The position numbers and the translations under genes are program-made. Positions 57,639 through 64,000 of a stretch of 64,000 nucleotides of DNA are shown piece after piece; position 1 is the stretch's first letter; every line of letters begins with the position of its first letter. The DNA comes from Candidatus Woesearchaeota archaeon. Its GTDB lineage: Archaea; Nanobdellota; Nanobdellia; Woesearchaeales; WJKR01. The notes below the pieces were generated by a model, which was given only the letters and a program-made list of their open reading frames with translations, did not search any database and had not been told where the DNA came from. The stretch lies in NCBI GenBank assembly GCA_016927245.1, contig JAFGNA010000017.1, forward strand, positions 17,242-81,241. Reading direction: 5' to 3'.

Positions 57639-58244
57639 TTAGAGTGCTCCGAGCAATCCGGTGTAGACGTGGTAGCCGTCGATGCCGGGGATGGGGAGCA
57701 TGTTGAGGATGAAGAGGAAGCCGTTGACGTACTTGGTGAGGTGGATGAACTGCCGCTGCCGCTGCGTGAGGTGCTTGGCGAGCTTGCCGTAGAGGAGGGC
57801 GCCTATCCAGAACAGGCCGTGGATTGCGGGGCCTGCGAACGCGATGATGGCGTGCTGCGCGGGGGTGGCCTCTCCCATGATGCTGACGAAGCCGGGGACG
57901 AGGAAGACGAATCCGAACCCGGTGAGCTTGGCGATGACGGCGATGACGCCGATGAGCAGCGTGGTGGGGTTGGCGTAGAACGCGTGGAACGTCGCTTCGA
58001 GGCCGAAGCTGATGGCGACGAACTTGTGCGCGAGCTCATGCAGTATCACGGCGGGCGCGATGACACCGATGGTGAAGAGGAAGTCTTGCCAGTGGTTGCG
58101 TCGCGGGCGCGCGTAGTGCGCAACAGGGTCTTCCTCGTAGCTTCTGCGATGGGCGGGCCTGAACATGCCTTTGAAGAGGAATCCTAGGAGGAGTGTCATG
58201 ATGATGATGTCGAACATTTCCCATAAGGTGATGGAGAAGGGCAT
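57639..58244 (-). CDS. site-2 (M50) metalloprotease
   Basis: HELAH, AGP, NMLPIPGIDG. Confidence 0.92.
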   Translation of the reverse strand: MPFSITLWEMFDIIIMTLLLGFLFKGMFRPAHRRSYEEDPVAHYARPRRNHWQDFLFTIGVIAPAVILHELAHKFVAISFGLEATFHAFYANPTTLLIGVIAVIAKLTGFGFVFLVPGFVSIMGEATPAQHAIIAFAGPAIHGLFWIGALLYGKLAKHLTQRQRQFIHLTKYVNGFLFILNMLPIPGIDGYHVYTGLLGAL

Positions 58245-58386
58245 GTTGGTGTTTGAACACGCTGCTGTTTTTAAGCGTTGCGCACCGCAACGCTTTTAAA
58301 AGAGGCTTCATCCGTCACTCGCACCAAGGGGTTGTTGCGCTTTCTCATGGGTGTGATGATTCCGTTATGAGGAGGGATGAGCCATC

Positions 58387-58860
58387 ATGACAACGGCACA
58401 GCAAGGTATGAAGGTCAGGATACACTACACCGGCAAGCTCGACTCGGGAGAGGTGTTCGACACCTCTGAAGGCAAGGACGCGTTGGAGTTCACCATTGGG
58501 GAGGGCAGGATCATCAAGGGCTTCGAGGAGGGCGTCGTCGGCATGGCGCCCGGGGAGGAGAAGGACTTGATCATCCCGCCGGAGAAAGCGTACGGCGAGC
58601 CGCGCAAGGAGCTCGTGCAGGACGTCCCGAAGGACAAGCTAGGAGACCTCAAGCCAGAGGTCGGCATGGTCGTCGGGATGCGGCTGCCGGGCATCGACCA
58701 GGTCTTCCCCGCGACCATCAAGGAGGTCAAGGGGGAAGCGGTGACTGTCGACCTCAACCCGCCCCTCGCGGGCAAGACGCTGCACTTCCGCATCAAGCTG
58801 GAATCCGTTGCTGACGCGGCCGCCGCGGCACCGCCGCGGGACGAGAAGGACAAGCCTTAA
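58387..58860 (+). CDS. FKBP-type peptidyl-prolyl isomerase (SlyD-like)
   Basis: HYTGKL..G.VFDTS, GFEE, PEKAYG, DLN.PLAGK.L.F. Confidence 0.92.
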   Translation: MTTAQQGMKVRIHYTGKLDSGEVFDTSEGKDALEFTIGEGRIIKGFEEGVVGMAPGEEKDLIIPPEKAYGEPRKELVQDVPKDKLGDLKPEVGMVVGMRLPGIDQVFPATIKEVKGEAVTVDLNPPLAGKTLHFRIKLESVADAAAAAPPRDEKDKP

Positions 58861-58885
58861 GAACACCGCTTCTTCCTTTGGAGCA

Positions 58886-59242
58886 ATGGCGACGCTCATC
58901 GCTTGCCTCAGTACGGGCAAGGGGACCTGGGGGCATGTTTCCAGGCTGATAGCTCAGGAGGACTGGGAGCGCATATTCCTGGTCATGAACGGCTTCGGCA
59001 AGGAGAAGTACACGAATGACAAGCCTTTCGAAGCGGTGGTCATCGACAACAACAAGCCTGCTGACGAGCTCGCGCGCGACATCAAGTCGTCCTTGGAGGG
59101 GCGAATCAACGACACGGAGGTGGCGTTGAACTTGGTCTCCGGCGGCGGCAACGAGCACATGGCCTTGTTGTCGGCCGTGTTGCGGCTCGGCCTGGGCGTC
59201 CGCCTCGTCGTCGCGGGAGAGGAGCGCATGGAAGAGCTATGA
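58886..59242 (+). CDS. small Rossmann-like hypothetical protein
   Basis: LSTGKGTW.HV..LI, EVALNLVSGGG.EHMALLSA. Confidence 0.75.
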   Translation: MATLIACLSTGKGTWGHVSRLIAQEDWERIFLVMNGFGKEKYTNDKPFEAVVIDNNKPADELARDIKSSLEGRINDTEVALNLVSGGGNEHMALLSAVLRLGLGVRLVVAGEERMEEL

Positions 59243-59818
59243 CTGCCTCGTCCCTCGGTACACGCGGAACCCGCCGCCTTTCTTCACGGTCTCGACGCAG
59301 CCGAACAAGTCCTTCATCCGCCGCTCGAGCATCTTGCCGCCTTTCTGGTGGCGAGCGACGACCAGGAGCGAGCCTCCCTCCTCGAGGTGGTCGTATGATT
59401 CCTCGAGCAACCGGTAGCAGGTCTCCCTGCCAGCGGCGTAGGGCGGGTTGGTGAGGATGACGTCGAACCGTTCAGGGATGCGCGCGAACCCGTCAGAGGC
59501 CCTGACGTCCGCGTCAGGGACATTCCTCCTCGCCAACGAGACGGCGCGAAGGTTCACGTCGCTCATCACTAATGGCAGCCTTGGGTGGCACGAGCGGAGG
59601 ACGAGGCCGATGGGCCCCCACCCGCAGCCGAGGTCGAGGACGCGCTCGTCCCCTCGCAGATCGGCAGCCTCGAGCAAGAGCTTGGTCGCGTTGTCGAGCC
59701 CGTCCTTGGAGAACACGCCGCTCCCGGTCACCGCGGTGAACGTTCGTTGACGAGCGGTGAAGGTGATGCGCCGTTCCCGTAGGGGTGATGTTTGCGCGGC
59801 GTCTGAGTAGTGCGGCAT
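59237..59818 (-). CDS. class I SAM methyltransferase (RsmC/MJ0882-like)
   Basis: SGVFS...LD.AT.LL, LDLGCGWG, TNPPY, KGG. Confidence 0.9.
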   Translation of the reverse strand: MPHYSDAAQTSPLRERRITFTARQRTFTAVTGSGVFSKDGLDNATKLLLEAADLRGDERVLDLGCGWGPIGLVLRSCHPRLPLVMSDVNLRAVSLARRNVPDADVRASDGFARIPERFDVILTNPPYAAGRETCYRLLEESYDHLEEGGSLLVVARHQKGGKMLERRMKDLFGCVETVKKGGGFRVYRGTRQS

Positions 59819-59823
59819 GATCG

Positions 59824-60519
59824 TCAAGAGGCGGGGATGACGCCGAACAGGGCGTACACGAACCGGTCGGCGGCTTGGATGGTCTTGTTGGCCGTGGTGG
59901 CCTGCACGACGACGCACGTCGGGTGATTGGTGGGCACGGCGACGCGGTCGTCGTCTGCGACTCGTATCAGGATGACAGCGGTGTCCTCGTCGGCGTCCCG
60001 GCAGTCGAGCACAGGGGTGGCGGTCGCGCCGCTGGTGGGTTGCTTGGTGAACGCGCTGCTCGTGGGGATGTTGAAGATGTTGAACTTCTCCCCGACCACC
60101 CTGGCTATCTCGACGCCTGCGATGACGAGGGCGCCGGGCGCTTCTGGGTCCATGGCGATGATTGCTTCGCTGTCGTAGCCTTTGGCTGCGCGGTTCGCCA
60201 TCACCCTGATGACGTCTACGGCGTCCTGCTCTGCAGGGATGAGTTCGACCTCGATGGGGTGGTGGTGCATCGCGACCTGGTAGGGTTGGTCGTTCACGAC
60301 TATGCGGACGTACCACAGGCCGTCCTCTCTTTTGGCGAGGTCGTAGTTGTTGTACGATGAGAGGTCGTCTTCACCGCCGGGGAAGAGGAGTTGCCATGGC
60401 TTGTAGTAGAAGATGAGGATGAGCGCGATGACGATGATGACGGCCGCGGCGAGGTAGACTGCTGGGGCTCGTCGTCGCTCCTTCGCCGATCGCTTGGCAG
60501 GTTTCTTCTTGGCGGGCAT
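59824..60519 (-). CDS. membrane-anchored hypothetical protein
   Basis: N-terminal TM segment; C..A......VI...C......DR..Y C-terminus shared with the next gene. Confidence 0.78.
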   Translation of the reverse strand: MPAKKKPAKRSAKERRRAPAVYLAAAVIIVIALILIFYYKPWQLLFPGGEDDLSSYNNYDLAKREDGLWYVRIVVNDQPYQVAMHHHPIEVELIPAEQDAVDVIRVMANRAAKGYDSEAIIAMDPEAPGALVIAGVEIARVVGEKFNIFNIPTSSAFTKQPTSGATATPVLDCRDADEDTAVILIRVADDDRVAVPTNHPTCVVVQATTANKTIQAADRFVYALFGVIPAS

Positions 60520-60525
60520 CAGTGT

Positions 60526-61125
60526 TCATCCTTCTGCGTAGATGTCGTAATACTCGTACACGAGCCGGTCTCTGATGAGCGCGAAGTCGGTGTTGTTCGC
60601 ACGAAGGCGTACGCAGGCGTCCTCGATCACTATCTCAGGCGCCTCTCCTTCCTCGAAGCTGAGCACGGGCATGTTCGCGGTCGCGTTGTCGCAGGACACG
60701 ACGGGCAATGAGTAGGTCGAGTTCTCCTCTGCCACGGCGCTGATGACGGGGACGGGCAGGGTCTCTGCGAGGTCGAGCCTGATGAGGTCGATGTATTGCA
60801 GGTTGGTGGGCGACAGGCCTGGGTCGAAGGTGAGCACGATGACCGGCGCTGCTCGTATCGTCTCTCCTAGGTCGCTGGGCGCGTCGACGAGCAGGGCTGA
60901 TGAGGGGAGGTAGTAGAAGAACAGTTCTTGCTTGTCGATCTTCGCGTGCCACACGTTGTACTTGTCGTCGGGCGTGAAGGTGACGCCGTACTCGCGCGCC
61001 GCGTTCGCTGACCTGCCGTACAGGGCCACGCTGAAGCCGCTCGCGACCATGAGGAACACGATGATGACGCCGATGATGATGCGGACGCGCCGCTGGCGCC
61101 GTTCCTCGATGCGACGGAGTGCCAT
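60526..61125 (-). CDS. membrane-anchored hypothetical protein (paralogue of 59824-60519)
   Basis: N-terminal TM segment; SCDNAT...PV...C......DRLVY. Confidence 0.78.
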   Translation of the reverse strand: MALRRIEERRQRRVRIIIGVIIVFLMVASGFSVALYGRSANAAREYGVTFTPDDKYNVWHAKIDKQELFFYYLPSSALLVDAPSDLGETIRAAPVIVLTFDPGLSPTNLQYIDLIRLDLAETLPVPVISAVAEENSTYSLPVVSCDNATANMPVLSFEEGEAPEIVIEDACVRLRANNTDFALIRDRLVYEYYDIYAEG

Positions 61126-61213
61126 GGCGTGTGCGGAGCAACATGATATTTAAAAGGGTTGCGGTGGTGCCAGAACAACAAGGCATATAAACCGTTCGTG
61201 GCATACCAGCGTC

Positions 61214-63736
61214 ATGGCCGTCATCCCTGACAAGGAGGTCAAGCGGCGCTTCAAAGAGGAAGTGAGCAAGGAGCCTGACCGGTACTTCGCGACTGGTGTG
61301 CTGCGCGAGGAGGGTTTCTCTAGGCGTAGGTGCAAGAAGTGCGGGACGTGGTTCTGGTCGGTGCAGGAGCGGGAGACGTGCGATGATCCTTCTTGTTCTG
61401 GGGGTTTCAGGTTCTTCACTGACAACCCTTCCAGGAAGCCCTTAAGTTACATCGAGGTCTGGAAGGAGTTCAGCAAGCTCATGAGGAATCGGGGGTACAC
61501 ACCTATCGATCGCTACCCGGTCATCGCTCGTTGGAGGGATGACACTGATTTCGTCCAGGCGTCCATCTATGATTTCCAGCCGTACGTGGTGTCGGGCGAG
61601 GTGGACCCGCCTGCTAACCCGTTGGTCGTGCCGCAGTTCTCCTTGCGGTTCAACGACGTCGATAACGTGGGCGTGACGATGAGCCACATGACGGGGTTCG
61701 TTATGATTGGCCAGCACGCGTTCCTGCCAAAAGAGGGATGGGACCAGGACGAATTGTTCAGTGACATCTATGCGTGGCTGCGCGAGGGCGTCGGGCTGCC
61801 GAAGGAGGAGCTCGTGTTCCATGAGGATGCGTGGGCTGGCGGCGGCAATTACGGGCCGTGCATGGAGTTCTTCAGCAGGGGTTGCGAGCTGGGCAACCAG
61901 GTGTACATGTTGTACGAGCAGTCTGAGGCGGGTGAGAAGGAGTTGCCGCTCAAGGTGCTCGACATGGGCATGGGCCAGGAGCGCGTCGCGTGGTTCACCC
62001 AGGGGAAAGGCACGGTGTATGACGCGGCGTTCCCGACCGTGATGGAGAAACTCTTCGAACGAACAAAGGTAGCGTACGACGAAGAACTCATACAAAAATA
62101 TTTGCCCTTTGCTTCCTACCTGAACGCTGACGAGGCAGAAGACCTCGACGAGGAGTGGGAACGCATAGGCAAGGCTGTCGGTAAGGACGCGGAGGAGCTC
62201 AAGCAGGCCATCAAGCCGTTGGCGGCGTTGTACTCTGTCGCGGAGCATGCGCGGACGTTGCTCGTCGCGTTGTCAGATGGCGGCTTGCCCTCGAACGTCG
62301 GCGGCGGGTATAATCTGCGCGTCATCCTGCGGCGAGCGTTGGGGTTCATCGATGAGTACCAGTGGGACATCACTCTTCCTGAGCTGTGCCGTTGGCACGC
62401 CGAGTACCTCGAGCCTTTGTTCCCAGAGCTTTCCGAACGACTGGGCGATGTCGAGAAGGTGTTGTCGTATGAACGGGAGAAGCATGAGGAGGCGAAGAAG
62501 CGGAACAAGGCGATTGTCGAGCGGCTCGTCAGGCAGGGTGGCTTGACGGAGGAGAAGCTCGTCGAGTTGTATGACAGCCAAGGGATCAGCCCTGAGGAGC
62601 TCGTCAAGGCTGCGCTGAGCGTTGGCAATGCGGTCGAGGTGCCGGAGAACTTCTACGCGCTCGTGGCTGAGCGGCACGCGAAGACCGTGCAGCGAACGGC
62701 GACCAAAAAGGGGGTGTCGTTGCCGCTCGACGGCGTGCCCTCGACCGAGCCGTTGTACTATGACCATTATGATTACGTCGATTTCGAGGCGCGCGTGGTG
62801 AAGGTCATCGGGCGGCACGTCGTCCTAGACAGGACCGCTTTTTATCCGACGAGTGGGGGGCAAGTGCATGACATCGGCACGGTCAACGGCGTCGAGGTCG
62901 TTGACGTGTTCAAGCAAGCAAGCCCTGAAGGCAACCATATCATCCATGCGCTCAAGGAAAAACCAGGGTTCAAGGAGGGCGACGTGGTGGCGGGCAAGAT
63001 CGATTATGACCGTCGGTTGCAGTTGGCGCAGCACCACACCGCGACGCACCTGTTGACCGGGGCTGCTCGCCGAGTCCTGGGAGATCATGTCTGGCAGGCA
63101 GGCGCGGCGAAGACGCCTGAGAAGAGCCGGTTGGACCTCACGCATTACGAGCAGTTGTCTCAGGAGGAGGTTGCCGCTATTGAGTCGTTGGCGAACAGGG
63201 TGGTGGATGAGAACCGGCCGATACTCAAGTCGTTCATGGCGAGGGACACGGCAGAGGCCAGGTACGGTTTCCGGTTGTACCAGGGGGGCGCGGTGCCGGG
63301 GAAGAGGCTGCGCATCGTGAACATAGAAGGATTTGATGTCGAGGCGTGCGGTGGCACGCACCTGGACGTCACGGGCGACGTCGGCCATGTCAAGATCCTC
63401 AAGACGAGCAAGGTGCAGGACGGCGTCGTTCGGTTGGAGTTCGTCGCCGGGGCCGCGGCGCAACGAGCGTTCGACCACAAGATGACCATCATCCGCGAGG
63501 CCATCGCGCTCGTCGGCGGCTCGGAAGAGCAACTGCCTGGGCGCGTGGCCGAGCTGTTCGAGCAATGGAAGAGGGCCAAGAAAGGCAAGCTGGAGAAATT
63601 CGGGCTCACCTCCACTGCTGAGTCTGGGGGGGATGTCGTCGCGGAGATGGCTTCGTTGCTGAAGACGCAGCCCGAGCACGTGGTCAAGACCATTGAACGG
63701 TTCCTCGACGATATCGGGCGCAAGCGCAAAGGATGA
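61214..63736 (+). CDS. alaS: alanine--tRNA ligase (archaeal type)
   Basis: C..CG..FWS, RYPV.ARWRDD, ASIYDFQP, editing motifs HTATH and CGGTH. Confidence 0.96.
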   Translation: MAVIPDKEVKRRFKEEVSKEPDRYFATGVLREEGFSRRRCKKCGTWFWSVQERETCDDPSCSGGFRFFTDNPSRKPLSYIEVWKEFSKLMRNRGYTPIDRYPVIARWRDDTDFVQASIYDFQPYVVSGEVDPPANPLVVPQFSLRFNDVDNVGVTMSHMTGFVMIGQHAFLPKEGWDQDELFSDIYAWLREGVGLPKEELVFHEDAWAGGGNYGPCMEFFSRGCELGNQVYMLYEQSEAGEKELPLKVLDMGMGQERVAWFTQGKGTVYDAAFPTVMEKLFERTKVAYDEELIQKYLPFASYLNADEAEDLDEEWERIGKAVGKDAEELKQAIKPLAALYSVAEHARTLLVALSDGGLPSNVGGGYNLRVILRRALGFIDEYQWDITLPELCRWHAEYLEPLFPELSERLGDVEKVLSYEREKHEEAKKRNKAIVERLVRQGGLTEEKLVELYDSQGISPEELVKAALSVGNAVEVPENFYALVAERHAKTVQRTATKKGVSLPLDGVPSTEPLYYDHYDYVDFEARVVKVIGRHVVLDRTAFYPTSGGQVHDIGTVNGVEVVDVFKQASPEGNHIIHALKEKPGFKEGDVVAGKIDYDRRLQLAQHHTATHLLTGAARRVLGDHVWQAGAAKTPEKSRLDLTHYEQLSQEEVAAIESLANRVVDENRPILKSFMARDTAEARYGFRLYQGGAVPGKRLRIVNIEGFDVEACGGTHLDVTGDVGHVKILKTSKVQDGVVRLEFVAGAAAQRAFDHKMTIIREAIALVGGSEEQLPGRVAELFEQWKRAKKGKLEKFGLTSTAESGGDVVAEMASLLKTQPEHVVKTIERFLDDIGRKRKG

Positions 63737-63797
63737 CTTCTACGGGCTTGGAAACCATCAACACATTTAAATAGTATTTCTCCCATCCTCTTGTCAT

Positions 63798-64000
63798 ATG
63801 AAAAAGAAAATCGTCACCGCACTGCTCACTATGATCGTCATCGCCGGATTGTTCCTGGCAGGATGCTCCACCATACCGACACCGAACCCGCAACCAGGGC
63901 CTGGGCCTGACAACACGAGCGAGCCGGGGCCGAACCCGCAACCAGGCACGGCAGGGGAGGACGTGGTCGAGGCGAACAACGCGTTCGCCATGGACCTCTA
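63798..64000 (+). CDS. lipoprotein, probable serpin (3' partial)
   Basis: Lipobox FLAGC, Pro-rich linker, then VVEANNAFAMDL typical of serpin helix A. Confidence 0.65.
   Translation, partial: MKKKIVTALLTMIVIAGLFLAGCSTIPTPNPQPGPGPDNTSEPGPNPQPGTAGEDVVEANNAFAMDL

Overview
Chromosomal fragment of a GC-rich archaeon, most likely DPANN (Woesearchaeota-like; inferred). The evidence is archaeal informational genes (TFE, aIF6, aIF5B, aEF-1beta, rpl35ae, Trm1, Kae1, LonB, prefoldin, FtsY, ScpA, hisS, alaS), grpE-dnaK-dnaJ, tRNA-His and tRNA-Val, class III signal (pilin-like) surface proteins and little biosynthetic capacity. Main unusual signals: (1) a translationally coupled pair at 46861-49640 carrying the motifs of a RelA/SpoT-type HD hydrolase and a very divergent RelA/SpoT-type synthetase, i.e. 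a candidate archaeal alarmone or toxSAS-like system. (2) An AT-rich island at 37488-42884 made of two sibling transposons stacked at the same target: a 706-bp non-autonomous element carrying a toxin-antitoxin pair and a 4.7-kb IS5-like element with about eight passenger genes and a perfect 9-bp target duplication. (3) An E. coli-like dif site directly upstream of xerA. (4) A thymidylate-synthase homologue lacking the catalytic Cys, coupled to a large wHTH-like protein. (5) An exported lytic transglycosylase. (6) A sawtooth G+T/A+C strand skew that flips sharply at AT-rich intergenic sites sharing an ACCA(A/C)TA motif. All functional calls come from motif recognition by eye; no searches were run.
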